Counted from the stretch's first letter, positions 27,842 through 37,666 are shown. The stretch: 64,000 bases of DNA from a virus (IMGVR_UViG_3300043676_000014:1-64000), one strand, 5' to 3'. Numbers and translations: made by a program. The notes: generated from the sequence alone by a model not told the origin.

Positions 27842-28245
27842 GCGATCTCCTCCACCTTATCTTCAATACCTTGCGCAACACGCTCGCAGGCAATCTGCAC
27901 GCCTGCCCGGAAGCGCTCTCCGGCCAGATACAGCGCGGCTTTCTTCTTGTCGTATGGAATCGGCTGTCCGTCATCGCCTTCAATTCCGTCCCAATCCAGC
28001 AATCCGGTATTGAGCAGGATGGTGGCCGATACGCGGTCGGCTTCATCCGGATCGAGAACGTTATTTACTTTTTTATTGCGAGGTACGGCGTTGACCAAGC
28101 GCTGGGCCATACGCCGCCAATCTTTGTTGTTGGCACCACGAACCTTCAGGCGGACGCCACCAAGGTCAGGGATTTCGTCTACCCAGGCGCCAACCTCGAC
28201 CAGTTTTTTCTGCTCTTCCGTAAGTTCTAGCGATTCGATCTTCAT
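27832..28245 (-). CDS. Tail assembly chaperone (gpG-like)
   Basis: Between tail tube and TMP; LKVRG..N, LLDWDGI. Confidence 0.8.
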   Translation of the reverse strand: MKIESLELTEEQKKLVEVGAWVDEIPDLGGVRLKVRGANNKDWRRMAQRLVNAVPRNKKVNNVLDPDEADRVSATILLNTGLLDWDGIEGDDGQPIPYDKKKAALYLAGERFRAGVQIACERVAQGIEDKVEEIAGN

Positions 28246-28258
28246 AACGGCTCCATAG

Positions 28259-28295
28259 AAAATAAAAATCCGGACGGCACGAATGCGCCGTCCGG
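28259..28295 (-). terminator. Rho-independent terminator after major tail gene
   Basis: CCGGACGGC...GCCGTCCGG stem then a T-rich tract on the minus strand. Confidence 0.75.
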
Positions 28296-28307
28296 TATAA
28301 ATTGCAC

Positions 28308-28787
28308 TTACGTTGACGCCGGGTCTTCGAAGACCTCGGAGTTGATTTCGACGCTGAAGTTTCGGCGCACGATATTTTCGTTATTGCCGACGTTCAGACG
28401 CTTACCCATCACTAGCCCGCGGAAATACTGGATGGTGTCGCTGTAGCCAACTGGTCCGTCAGGAAGGATGAGCTTGAACGCATAATTTACGTTCGTAGCT
28501 TCCGCCGCGATCAGCGCAGCCTGACCAACGTCAGTCGGATCATGTCCGCAAACAATCGCCAACGTGCCCGCGTCTCGTGCACCCTTTGACTTGCGAACGC
28601 GACCGTCGCCCAGTGCCTCGAACGTGACCTTGTTGGCCTGGTCGCCGAACTCTCCAACCGACTCCACAAGACCAATCTCGGTCCATACCGACACTGCCTC
28701 AAACTCGGCGACAGTGTCCATTGTGGAAGTGGCCGCTGGACCGATAAACGCCCGTGTACCTGACGCCGTGATGACATCACCCGCCAT
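28308..28787 (-). CDS. Major tail tube protein
   Basis: WTEIG.VES.GEFGD...RVRKSKG.RDAG...D.GQ.AL..A...YF.GLV. Confidence 0.85.
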   Translation of the reverse strand: MAGDVITASGTRAFIGPAATSTMDTVAEFEAVSVWTEIGLVESVGEFGDQANKVTFEALGDGRVRKSKGARDAGTLAIVCGHDPTDVGQAALIAAEATNVNYAFKLILPDGPVGYSDTIQYFRGLVMGKRLNVGNNENIVRRNFSVEINSEVFEDPAST

Positions 28788-28921
28788 GACCCATCTCCTT
28801 AATTTAGGGGGCGCTCATGCAGAGACGCCAGAGAAGCTGCAGCCCGCGCAGCAATAGTGAGCGACCCGACGAGTGGGCTTCGCCCGTCAGGATTCGTTAA
28901 TTTGAGATTTCGGATTGCCGG

Positions 28922-29359
28922 TTAAGGACTGTCGCCCGAAGCGACGTCGAACTGGAATCTATACGGGACTATCACAGCCAGTTCGAAGTAGTTGCCGTCT
29001 TCGTTGTTGTCGTTGGTGATCGGAGATGACGGCTCGAAGACTTCGACATTTTGCGATGAACCGATCTTCAGCCTGTCGCCGCGAAATGCCGCTGTGATGG
29101 TGTCGGCTTTAGCCAGCGGACCTTCGAGACCAGAGCCGGACTGTGCGTTGTAGATGATACGAGCCGCGCCTTCCTCGAAGCGCCTCTTTGTCAACATCGG
29201 TCTCTTGTTTTGGACAACCGGATACTGGATCAGAAGAAACGGAGAGCCGTCTGCTGGTGGCTCCGTGACGTCGTTGGAGCCAATGATCACGCCATTAGCG
29301 GTATCCCAGTTAGCTTCCAACCGCGCCCTGAATGCAGATTCGACAACGGCTGACGGCAT
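28922..29359 (-). CDS. Tail terminator-like protein
   Basis: Position before the tail tube; FEEG..I...GSG...AFR pattern. Confidence 0.65.
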   Translation of the reverse strand: MPSAVVESAFRARLEANWDTANGVIIGSNDVTEPPADGSPFLLIQYPVVQNKRPMLTKRRFEEGAARIIYNAQSGSGLEGPLAKADTITAAFRGDRLKIGSSQNVEVFEPSSPITNDNNEDGNYFELAVIVPYRFQFDVASGDSP

Positions 29360-29366
29360 TGGATAC

Positions 29367-30044
29367 CTATAGCGTTATGATAACCGCTGGCTGGCGACGA
29401 AGCCACTCTGCTTGGCCCTTGGCGCCCTTGCGTTTCTTTTTGCCCCAAGCAACGCCGGCAGGACTGCTGGCCCAGGCGTCGATCGCGCCGAACAGTGGTG
29501 TCTCGTATCCGAAGGTGATCTTGGCGACGTTGCCGAACTTTTGCTTAACCTCTGGAAGGGTGGCGACCGTTTGGTAGACGCCATCAGGAGCCTGCGACGA
29601 CCATCCTCGCTCGATACGCCTCGCGTAGGGCTGTATATTGAAATACTTGTAAACCCTGGCGACTGGCGGCGGCGCGCCATCTTCAACCACCACACCGTCC
29701 GCGATCAGAACGTGTGACTTCTGATAGCGTCCAGACTTTACCGGAGAGAATCTTTCCAGCATCTCTCCGACAAACACGACCGCCTCAAACACCAACTCGA
29801 ACTCGACGTAAACGCCGATGCCGTTTGGCTTGGCGGATAACAGCGGAGCTCCTAGTCTGCCGTCAACCGAGACCGTGTACGGCGGAACACTACCGAGAAC
29901 TCTTGCGTTCTGCGCCTTGGCGTCGTCGATTCTTTCCTGAGCGAACTCAGCGAATAATTGCGTCTGCGCTTCTTTCGTAAAGATCTTCGGTGCCACGTAT
30001 TTGAAATTCAGGTTGAACGGCGTGACCTTGACTCGAACCGCCAT
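29367..30044 (-). CDS. Neck protein (HK97 gp10-like)
   Basis: SPVKSGRY, N.QPYARRIE.G.S.QAPDGVY. Confidence 0.7.
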   Translation of the reverse strand: MAVRVKVTPFNLNFKYVAPKIFTKEAQTQLFAEFAQERIDDAKAQNARVLGSVPPYTVSVDGRLGAPLLSAKPNGIGVYVEFELVFEAVVFVGEMLERFSPVKSGRYQKSHVLIADGVVVEDGAPPPVARVYKYFNIQPYARRIERGWSSQAPDGVYQTVATLPEVKQKFGNVAKITFGYETPLFGAIDAWASSPAGVAWGKKKRKGAKGQAEWLRRQPAVIITL

Positions 30045-30654
30045 GCCTTACTCCAAGCGCTTCAGCCAAGGACATTTTCGGATAAGCCGTCAGCGCCGAG
30101 TGCTCACCGGTATTGATGACCTCGACACCGAGAGACTTGAACTGCGGCGCGCAGGCATCCAGCGCAACGCGCCATGACGCCGTCCTCGCGGCATCTGGCT
30201 TGCCGACGCCGCGTTGATCCGGACTCCAGTGACCACCGTTCATATCGAAGCCAACCAGAACGATCTTCTTCGCTCCAAATTGAATGGCTAGGTTGATCGC
30301 CTGAAACCCGGAGAAGCCGCCGCCGGTCCGCAGACCGCAACCCAGCACTCCAATCTCTCCCGTCAATATCTCAGCGCGTGGCTTGAGACTGACTTTCCTC
30401 AACTTGTAAACCCTGCACGCCGTAGGAGACGGAGAGACCTTCATTCCCTTGAACTTCGGAGCGCCCTGGTTGGCGAGCCACCAGCCGACGTCGAGCGCGT
30501 ATAGAACATCCGCGGTCGGCAACAGCCTCCATGAACTCTTGATAACTATCGAGCGAAACGATCCCGGTTCAATCTTTGCTGCGCTTGGGCCAGTGCCGAC
30601 GATGACTGCCGTTTCACCAGACCAGTCAGGCCACTCAGCCGATCCGTTCGTCAA
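29947..30654 (-). CDS. Maf/DUF115-like (sialyltransferase-like) nucleotide-sugar transferase, paralog 2
   Basis: IVGTGPS...ADVLYALD..WW...SGFQAINLA..FGAKKIVLVGFDM. Confidence 0.7.
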   Translation of the reverse strand: MTNGSAEWPDWSGETAVIVGTGPSAAKIEPGSFRSIVIKSSWRLLPTADVLYALDVGWWLANQGAPKFKGMKVSPSPTACRVYKLRKVSLKPRAEILTGEIGVLGCGLRTGGGFSGFQAINLAIQFGAKKIVLVGFDMNGGHWSPDQRGVGKPDAARTASWRVALDACAPQFKSLGVEVINTGEHSALTAYPKMSLAEALGVRHGGSSQGHAVQPEFQIRGTEDLYERSADAIIR

Positions 30655-30865
30655 TTTCAGTCTTTGTCAGAATCGAGAGATCGACGCCTCTATCGATAAT
30701 CATTGTCTTCACACCCTGCGGCAGAATGCCTGTGAGATGCTTCCTGGTTCTCTCGGTTGCGTCCTGCGACATTGGCCGATCTGTTTTGACAACTAGAACA
30801 TCGCCGGGCGTCAACTGTAGTTTTGCTATCTCGAATGCACCGATAATCTTGATGGCGACTTCCAC
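30635..30865 (-). CDS. Hypothetical protein
   Basis: In operon. Confidence 0.6.
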   Translation of the reverse strand: MEVAIKIIGAFEIAKLQLTPGDVLVVKTDRPMSQDATERTRKHLTGILPQGVKTMIIDRGVDLSILTKTEIDERIG

Positions 30866-30869
30866 GATT

Positions 30870-31232
30870 CTATCCTAGCGCTTTCATTTCTATGCGTACC
30901 AGCACAGCCCCAATAAAGATCGGCAGCACCCCCTGGACGGTACGCTTACGTCCCGCCACCAATAGAGCGTCACCCTTGATAGGAATTCTGGGGTCGACTG
31001 CAGGAGGCGGACTATTTGGAGCCGACGGCCACACTGCCGCATCTATCTGAGTAGGAGATATGATGATCTTGAACTCTTGCTGGGAAATGGTGTCGACCAG
31101 CGGGTTAGGATTGAGATCGCGCACGAAGGCGGCACAATCCACGGAAGCTGCGCCTCGAGTCAGCGTGATGGTCTGACCGTCATTGGCTAGCGAGAAATCG
31201 AGATCGGCAATCTCCCTTTCTGCTTGCGTCAT
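30870..31232 (-). CDS. Head-tail joining/closure protein
   Basis: Size, position and IIISPTQ...P.KGD pattern. Confidence 0.6.
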   Translation of the reverse strand: MTQAEREIADLDFSLANDGQTITLTRGAASVDCAAFVRDLNPNPLVDTISQQEFKIIISPTQIDAAVWPSAPNSPPPAVDPRIPIKGDALLVAGRKRTVQGVLPIFIGAVLVRIEMKALG

Positions 31233-31894
31233 GCGAACGAAAGGCCATTCACATAACCGCCGCGAGTGAGGATATCCATCACTTCGCCGGGCACAGCCGA
31301 CGTATTAAGCTGTTTGTCAGAAACCCACCATTCTCGCCGACTCACACCGGTTATCTCGAGCATCTTCAAATTCGGATCACGCGATCCTTGAGCGATCTCC
31401 GCCTGAACGAATTTGATAGCTGCATATTTCAGGTCAGCCGGAACATCTTCATATCCTGCGCTGTATTCGATCACAGTATTGCCGCAAGGCCACCAGCCCC
31501 ACGGTCCGTTTGGCATCGTGTAATGATATCCAGCGATGTTCGCACGATAGAGAATTCCTGCAGCCGCATCGAGAGAGTATTCGGTCTCCGACAAAAGACT
31601 GCTCGTCTGCGTCACCGATACCAACTCGACTACAGGACGACGTGCCAGCACCAAAGACTTCTGCAAGCTCTTGAACAGAAATGTCTCGGTCACCGTCTCG
31701 AGCCGCATCGTTGGCTCTAGCGCACCCGCAGAAGGCACCTTGCACGCCTTGGTGATGACGGCGCTGACGTAGGCGCCGAGCGGTACGAGGGTTGCGTCCT
31801 GGCTGGAGTCGCCCGAACTTAAACCAGCTGCGGCTCGCAGTTCTGCCGTTGTGAGAAGTGACCTGTCATCATTTGGATCGGCGATGCTGAGCAC
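31229..31894 (-). CDS. Head-tail connector/adaptor protein
   Basis: ETVTETF...LVLARRPV..L.SV...YSAGY..VPADLK.A. Confidence 0.75.
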   Translation of the reverse strand: MLSIADPNDDRSLLTTAELRAAAGLSSGDSSQDATLVPLGAYVSAVITKACKVPSAGALEPTMRLETVTETFLFKSLQKSLVLARRPVVELVSVTQTSSLLSETEYSLDAAAGILYRANIAGYHYTMPNGPWGWWPCGNTVIEYSAGYEDVPADLKYAAIKFVQAEIAQGSRDPNLKMLEITGVSRREWWVSDKQLNTSAVPGEVMDILTRGGYVNGLSFA

Positions 31895-31895
31895 G

Positions 31896-32171
31896 TCAGA
31901 GATTCTTCATCTTGAGTTTACAGGTTCTGTCATAGGTTCGACCGCCGGCCGTCACGACGCGGTTTTGCAGCAAATAGGAATCTCCGGCCGTTCCGCCCGA
32001 TACCCATACCGTTGTCGTTGTGTCCGTGTTGCTGTCGCTGTTCTTGGTGATTCCAGCAGGCACCGTCCATGTCGACGTGCTGATGGTGTCCGTATCCAAC
32101 AGTAAAGCCCAATCGACACCGTAGTCCTTGACCTCGTCAGGGTCTTTCGGCGGCGTCCAACTCAGGGCCAT
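31896..32171 (-). CDS. Putative fibre adaptor (small virion protein)
   Basis: KDPDE.KDY.VDW...I.TSTW...TVW.SGG..G..Y...N.V.T..GR. Confidence 0.65.
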   Translation of the reverse strand: MALSWTPPKDPDEVKDYGVDWALLLDTDTISTSTWTVPAGITKNSDSNTDTTTTVWVSGGTAGDSYLLQNRVVTAGGRTYDRTCKLKMKNL

Positions 32172-32183
32172 GCGATGGACTTT

Positions 32184-34259
32184 CTATGCCGGAATTTGTC
32201 GGCTCTCGGAAGCAAGCGAGATAAGCCTGTATTCAGCGCCTACTGAGATCATTCGATCTTCGGAGACGATCGCTATGGACCTGTCTTCCGCAGCAATCGA
32301 AATCACACAATCCGGATTGATCGGAGTATAGAGTCCGATCGTAAAGCCAGCGTCAGCGCCTGTGAGTGCGTAACTCCCCGCCGATGCGGGAAGCCATGAT
32401 CTACTGATAAGAGCCGCGTTGTTGCCGGTCAGGCTGTAGCTGCCAGTGATCGCATTCAACTTGCGGCTGATCGCAAGATTGACTGCGATGCCGGTCAGAG
32501 AATAGGCGCCAGCAACCGCCGCGAGTTTGCGCCGGACCGTGACATTGGCTGCCGCGCCAGTGAGAGCATAATTACCAGCGCCAGCAACCAGCGTGTAGGC
32601 CGATAAGCCGCCGCTCTTGGTCAGCGCGGCGTCGCTGCCGGTTAACGCATAACTTCCGGCAACGGCCGCAACACGACGACCGATCTTAAGTGCCGCCGCT
32701 GCTCCGGCTACAGCATAGGATCCGGCAACTGCCGACAGAACGTGCGCGGCCTTGAGCGCTGCCACGGCGCCGTTGACAGAGTACGAGCCGGAGACGGCGG
32801 ATAGTTTTGATGCCTTGTCAAGAGTGGCGGCAGTTCCGGTGACGGCATACGAACCAGCCGCCGCGGCCAGAGCGCGCGTTGCCCGCAATGTCGCTGCAGT
32901 CCCGGAGACAGCATATGACCCGACACCAGCAACGACGACGCGTCCGTATTTTACAGTGGCAGCAGTTCCGTTGAGCGCGTAACTTCCGGCACCAGCAGAG
33001 ACATTGAGTCCGCGCTTGATAGATGCTGCCGTGCCGGTGACCGAATAGGATCCCGCAGCAGCGGCAAGAATATAGGTTCGGCGGAGTGTTACTGCCTGAC
33101 CAGAGACCGCGTATGAACCGGCGCCAGCGCCTAGAGAGTACCCCTTCCTGAGAGTGGCCGCCGTGCCCGTGACCGCATAAGAACCCGAACCGGCGGCTAA
33201 AACCCAACCATGTTTGATAGACGCCGCGGTGCCCGTAAGCGAATAAGAACCAGCGCCTGCGGACGATCGCCATGCATGGAGCAAGGTAGCCGCAGTGCCG
33301 GACGCTGCATACGAACCAGCAGCAGCCGTGGTGCGCCTTCCGGCCTTGATCGTCGCCGCCGTACCGGTTAGGGCGTAAGAACCTCCTGCCGCACTAAGGA
33401 TGGTATTGGCAGTATAGGTGATAACGATGAGGCCCTGCTGCCCCGTGCCACCGGTTCCCAAACCAGCACCACCGCCGCCTCCACCGTAATTTGTGCCGTT
33501 GCCGCCGTTGCCTGCGGCAGATCCGCCGCCGCCTCCACCACCGCCAGTCGCCGCGCCGACCACCGAAGGCGTAGTCGTGTCGGGTAAGTGGGTCGACGTC
33601 CACATGCCGGTCGCGGCAGTTGGGGTAACTCCCGCACCAGACCCGCCCGCGCCGCCCGGTCCGCCACCGTTGGCGTTGGTGCCAGCCGTGCCAGCACTGG
33701 TCGTACCAGCACCGCCATTACCACCCGCGCCGCTTGTTCCTCCGCCAGAACCGCCGCCGCCGCCGAAGTCCGCACCGGCCGTCGTGTTGTCGCCCGCACC
33801 ACCAGTGCCACCGACACCACCGGTGCCAGCCGCGCCGCCGCCGCCGCCGCCCGTGAGCGCCGTCGCACCGCCGAGGCCGCCAGGGCCGCCGTTGAATGTT
33901 GTGGCACCGCCGATGCCACCGGTGCCTCCAAGGCCACCGGTCGCAGATGTAGCGCCCTTGCCGCCTCCTGCCGAGACCGTAGCCGCGGCGAGCGACGATC
34001 CATTGAACCAGGTGTCGCCGCCGTTAACGCCCGCTGCACCTGTCGCGCCGACCGAGAGATTGAGCGCTCCGGAAAGACCGGCGACATTTGTTATCTTCCT
34101 GTATTGACCGCCGCCGCCGCCACCGGCTCCAGCACCCGCCGCAGTCCTACCGCCGCCGCCGCCGCCGATGACCTCGATGCTGTTTGTTGCCGTCCAGTCG
34201 GCAGGGATTGTGAAAGTGCCGGCACCAACCGCCGTGATGAATATGACTTTGACGGTCAT
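32184..34259 (-). CDS. Gly-rich, 22-aa-repeat virion fibre-like protein
   Basis: N-terminal poly-Gly domain, then 16 repeats of AxxGSY(A/S)(L/V)(T/S)GxxAxL. Confidence 0.75.
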   Translation of the reverse strand: MTVKVIFITAVGAGTFTIPADWTATNSIEVIGGGGGGRTAAGAGAGGGGGGQYRKITNVAGLSGALNLSVGATGAAGVNGGDTWFNGSSLAAATVSAGGGKGATSATGGLGGTGGIGGATTFNGGPGGLGGATALTGGGGGGAAGTGGVGGTGGAGDNTTAGADFGGGGGSGGGTSGAGGNGGAGTTSAGTAGTNANGGGPGGAGGSGAGVTPTAATGMWTSTHLPDTTTPSVVGAATGGGGGGGGSAAGNGGNGTNYGGGGGGAGLGTGGTGQQGLIVITYTANTILSAAGGSYALTGTAATIKAGRRTTAAAGSYAASGTAATLLHAWRSSAGAGSYSLTGTAASIKHGWVLAAGSGSYAVTGTAATLRKGYSLGAGAGSYAVSGQAVTLRRTYILAAAAGSYSVTGTAASIKRGLNVSAGAGSYALNGTAATVKYGRVVVAGVGSYAVSGTAATLRATRALAAAAGSYAVTGTAATLDKASKLSAVSGSYSVNGAVAALKAAHVLSAVAGSYAVAGAAAALKIGRRVAAVAGSYALTGSDAALTKSGGLSAYTLVAGAGNYALTGAAANVTVRRKLAAVAGAYSLTGIAVNLAISRKLNAITGSYSLTGNNAALISRSWLPASAGSYALTGADAGFTIGLYTPINPDCVISIAAEDRSIAIVSEDRMISVGAEYRLISLASESRQIPA

Positions 34260-34302
34260 CGGCTATCCGCCGTTGAATTGCATCATCACCTGCGGGATCG
34301 CA

Positions 34303-34677
34303 TTATGAAGCATCCCAAACGGGGCGTTCATCAAACTGGCCGACGCAAAAGAACCTGTGCTTTTTCCCGCAATGGCAATGGAAAATGTAAATGTCCGGTG
34401 CCTGTTCGTCGGGGTGACTTTTCCGCGCCTCAACTTCGTGGTTTTCAGGGTGTCGACAACAGGAAGCGATCTGCTGATTTTGTTCCAGATGATCGATATG
34501 CTTCTGCTTTAAGTGACCTTCCGGAAGATCGGCCACCTTCACGCGCGGACATGCTGGGACTTGCGTCTCAGGCAATACTTCGCCCTTAAATGTCGCGTGG
34601 CGACGCGCCATCGCCTTCTGTGCCGGGGTGATAAACGGTGGACCAAGCGTAATAGTGCTAAGGGAATGCGGTTTCAT
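34303..34677 (-). CDS. Hypothetical Cys/His-rich protein
   Basis: CCRHP...HCHCGKKH. Confidence 0.6.
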   Translation of the reverse strand: MKPHSLSTITLGPPFITPAQKAMARRHATFKGEVLPETQVPACPRVKVADLPEGHLKQKHIDHLEQNQQIASCCRHPENHEVEARKSHPDEQAPDIYIFHCHCGKKHRFFCVGQFDERPVWDAS

Positions 34678-34710
34678 GCTAAGATAATCCGGCTTTTAGA
34701 GGAACTGCAT

Positions 34711-34905
34711 ATGGCCGAAATTGAAATCATCCAGATTGGCAAGTGGTCGGTGGCGCTTGAGCGCCGAAGCGGCGGCACCATGCTCCGTTTTGACTTTGCA
34801 GACGCACAGCCGCTCGTGCTTTTGGTTCCTAAAACCGAGGCATCGCAAATCGCTGAAGCGATACTCAACCAGTACAAAACCCCACCACCTTCGCGATTGA
34901 GCTAG
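34711..34905 (+). CDS. Small opposite-strand hypothetical protein
   Basis: GAGG RBS before MAEIEIIQ; fills the gap between minus-strand genes. Confidence 0.45.
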   Translation: MAEIEIIQIGKWSVALERRSGGTMLRFDFADAQPLVLLVPKTEASQIAEAILNQYKTPPPSRLS

Positions 34906-35330
34906 GCAATAGTGAAAAGGCTTGCCCCGAAGTCCAGGGTAAGCGTTTCTCCTGTAGCGATCGTGAACGTCGCACCGTAATCCCACGACGCCCACACATC
35001 GTTCGCAGCAGACGTATCATCATAGATCGTGATGTAGCGCCCGGTCGTGCTGCCACCGAGATTGCCACCCGATGCCGTCCACACAACGTCAGTTCCGGTT
35101 GCCGTCACCGTGCCGCCCGAGCGCGTCGAGTTGAACGTGATATCGGCGCCGTCCGTCGTGTAGCCGTTCGTGCCGCTGATCTGGGTCAGATCTGCAATAG
35201 TGCTATCGGTGGCTACCGTAGGCGCATCTGTGTGAATGATCGCCTTCCAGACGTCGGTTGTGCCGAAGGCATCGATAAGCTTGTTGCAAAGCTTCTCGAT
35301 AGCGGTTTCGTATTTTACATATGTCGCCAC
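34902..35330 (-). CDS. Putative virion structural protein (Thr-rich beta-sandwich)
   Basis: GYTTDG...DVVWTASGG...IYDDT...DYG...GET.T.DF; AGGAGG RBS. Confidence 0.7.
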   Translation of the reverse strand: MATYVKYETAIEKLCNKLIDAFGTTDVWKAIIHTDAPTVATDSTIADLTQISGTNGYTTDGADITFNSTRSGGTVTATGTDVVWTASGGNLGGSTTGRYITIYDDTSAANDVWASWDYGATFTIATGETLTLDFGASLFTIA

Positions 35331-35373
35331 GGCGCTCTCCTCCTAAGATCGCCATTTGCGGCGTTGGTGACTG

Positions 35374-35952
35374 CTAATTCTCTATAATCTCGCTTCGATG
35401 CCATAGTCCAAGAATGCGACCGTGGTCAGTAATCGATTGTTGCGGCGCTGGTAGATTGAACGGCGCGACAGTCAAATTGAGCGGACGAAACATGCCGCAC
35501 TTCGGAATATCTGCGTTCTCTTCGTTACCGTGAGACGTCGCCAGCAGCCATGAGATGCCGCTGGTACGGAAGTTCTTGAGCGCTACCGACACCATCTCGT
35601 TAGGCAGATGTTGCAGAAAATCCCTGCACAGCATCAGGTCTGCGGGCGGCAGCAAGTCCCGGCAGATATCCAGTGTCATTACCTTTTTGGAACGCGGCCT
35701 GAACTGAAACGGTTGCGACTCCCGCGACCTTGCCGAGATGCAATGCTCCTCGTCGTAGTCGCATCCGATGTAGTCGACACTGGATAAATCGGTTCGCGCC
35801 ATCCAGTTGAAGTCACCGCACGGCGCATCCAGCAGAGTCCTGATTTCAAATTCTGCCAACAGTTGCGGCAACCACGCTCTGATGCCAGACGTACTCGCCA
35901 CCATCGATCCGGCACCGCATCCGGTCTCCGGCAGACCGGCGGTGAATGGCAT
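35374..35952 (-). CDS. Class I SAM-dependent methyltransferase
   Basis: GAGS...LLDAPCGDFNWM...YIGCD...DLMLCRDFLQHL; start placed at MPFTAG. Confidence 0.85.
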   Translation of the reverse strand: MPFTAGLPETGCGAGSMVASTSGIRAWLPQLLAEFEIRTLLDAPCGDFNWMARTDLSSVDYIGCDYDEEHCISARSRESQPFQFRPRSKKVMTLDICRDLLPPADLMLCRDFLQHLPNEMVSVALKNFRTSGISWLLATSHGNEENADIPKCGMFRPLNLTVAPFNLPAPQQSITDHGRILGLWHRSEIIEN

Positions 35953-35971
35953 CCTCAATGCTAACGCTCCA

Positions 35972-36148
35972 TTACTGGCGCGTTCCGAAAGGCGCGACAT
36001 TAGCGAGCGATAGCTGCTGCTGTGGCGCCATGTCGGCAGGCGTCAGATATTCGACACGCTTCAACTTGCCGTCTGGGTAATACTCGATGGCTTTGACCAG
36101 GACACACTTAAACTTGTGCTCGAGACCGCAGATTTGACATTTCGCCAT
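35972..36148 (-). CDS. 58-aa zinc-binding-like protein (not in ORF track)
   Basis: MAKCQICGLEH...C..VKAIEYYPDGKLKRVEY. Confidence 0.55.
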   Translation of the reverse strand: MAKCQICGLEHKFKCVLVKAIEYYPDGKLKRVEYLTPADMAPQQQLSLANVAPFGTRQ

Positions 36149-36152
36149 TGCG

Positions 36153-36770
36153 TCACGACCAGTTGTTGCGAACCCAATCCAGATGCATCAGATCTGGCTG
36201 CTTCGGTTTTCCGTGCATGTAAACGACGCGCGCTTCACCGATGCCGATATCTCGCACGCGATGCGCCTTTAACGAAAGCACCTGTCCCGGCCACAGATCA
36301 TCTATCGCCTGCCACGGAAACGTCCGCAGCCATTCCATGTCGTTCTCGCCGCGCCAGTCGTCGAACACCTTGCGATGTCCAGCCGGCACCAGCGCTACGC
36401 CGTTGATCGATTGCTCAGGCTTGTACGGATTGCGCGGCAGAGCGATCTTGTCGCCCGTCAAACAATATTCCGCCATGTGATCGATGTTGCGAACGATGAT
36501 CGTATCCAGCCCCACCAGGATCATCGGCTCGTTAAGTTTGTATGGCTCCGTGAAGCATCCGTAGTCCAGTTTCTTGCTGACCAATGGTTGCTGAAAGATC
36601 GGTTCCGAGAACTTCCTTGGCCTGTCGGAGAACAGCACGAACCGGAACGGGACCGTCAGGTTTCGTGCGAAGCCGCGATAGAGTTTGTCGACCCAGCCTT
36701 CGTTGTAGCATCGAGAGAAGTCTTTGGAGTGTTTGTTAGCACTCCAAAGACATGACGCCACCGTGAGCAT
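36153..36770 (-). CDS. Glycosyltransferase-like protein (GT-A)
   Basis: Start MLTVASCLW; V.KL.RG..RNL.VPF.F..F.D, GLDTII, VVYMHGKPK; paralog of 39918-40574. Confidence 0.7.
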   Translation of the reverse strand: MLTVASCLWSANKHSKDFSRCYNEGWVDKLYRGFARNLTVPFRFVLFSDRPRKFSEPIFQQPLVSKKLDYGCFTEPYKLNEPMILVGLDTIIVRNIDHMAEYCLTGDKIALPRNPYKPEQSINGVALVPAGHRKVFDDWRGENDMEWLRTFPWQAIDDLWPGQVLSLKAHRVRDIGIGEARVVYMHGKPKQPDLMHLDWVRNNWS

Positions 36771-36796
36771 CTTATTTTTGTGCAGCGCAGACCTTT

Positions 36797-37132
36797 TTAG
36801 TTTGCGAGTCCCGATGCCTCGGCGCGACCAAGGTCGCCCATCGCCTGTGCTGAGTTGAAGGTGACCGGAATTGCCGGTGTCGCGTTGCTCACCATGCTTT
36901 GACCAGCGGTGAGTCCGCCGACGCCTAAACCGCTCAAGTAGTGACGGTACGGGTAGTACGGATAGACCGGAAGGCCGGGCAAGTACCGATCGACATAAAC
37001 GCGCTCGGTCACAGGCTTGCCGTCGATTTCTGCCACGCGCGCCTTGATGCGCGACCATTGGGCCTTCGTCGGGCAACCCGTGAAGGCTTCTGTGAAGCCA
37101 TCGAACCAAGCCTTGAATTCAGAAGGTGTCAT
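36797..37132 (-). CDS. Hypothetical protein
   Basis: MTPSEFKAWFDGF, a phage-type N-terminus; AAGGAG RBS. Confidence 0.65.
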   Translation of the reverse strand: MTPSEFKAWFDGFTEAFTGCPTKAQWSRIKARVAEIDGKPVTERVYVDRYLPGLPVYPYYPYRHYLSGLGVGGLTAGQSMVSNATPAIPVTFNSAQAMGDLGRAEASGLAN

Positions 37133-37153
37133 GTGATTCTCCTTTGGTTATAT

Positions 37154-37666
37154 TTACGTGAAGCATCCAGCCAACGGCATCCGCTCCGGCGCCCGCGGAC
37201 TTAGCGGCACACATTCCCCTGACCTCTTGTGCAGGTAGTGCGCCTTGACATTCTTGCAGACGGTCGACCCTGCCGCGATCACCGCATGAGTACCGATACT
37301 GACGCCTGGAAGGATCTGACACCCGGCGCCGATGCTTGCTCCATCCTCGATATCCACCGTCGCCACGCTCTTGAGGAGCAGCGCCGAGACGTCAAACCCG
37401 TCCTTGCTCACCCGAGGCCACCGATCGTTACAGATCGTCGACAGTGGCCCTATGAAGACCTGATCGCCTATTCTCGTTCCGGGATTGATCGAACATCCGT
37501 GCCCGACAAGACATCCGTCACCCAGCCTCGCGCCGTCTATGATCGCATTGCTTGCAATGTTGCAGTCATCACCTACTTCCGCGCCCCGGATCACACTGGC
37601 GAACTGCCAAACCTTCGTCCCAATGCCGACCCTCGAGTTCTCTACGAGGGCGAGGCGGTGGATCAT
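37154..37666 (-). CDS. Hexapeptide-repeat sugar acetyltransferase (LbH, WbpD-like)
   Basis: Repeats VGIGT/VGDDC/LGDGC/IGDQVFIGP; IEDGASIGA...ILPGV.IG..A.IAAGS.V. Confidence 0.88.
   Translation of the reverse strand: MIHRLALVENSRVGIGTKVWQFASVIRGAEVGDDCNIASNAIIDGARLGDGCLVGHGCSINPGTRIGDQVFIGPLSTICNDRWPRVSKDGFDVSALLLKSVATVDIEDGASIGAGCQILPGVSIGTHAVIAAGSTVCKNVKAHYLHKRSGECVPLSPRAPERMPLAGCFT

Noticed and set aside
33368-34589. Long overlapping Pro-rich and Arg-rich ORFs
   Set aside because: Shadow frames of the Gly/Ala-rich gene 32184-34259.
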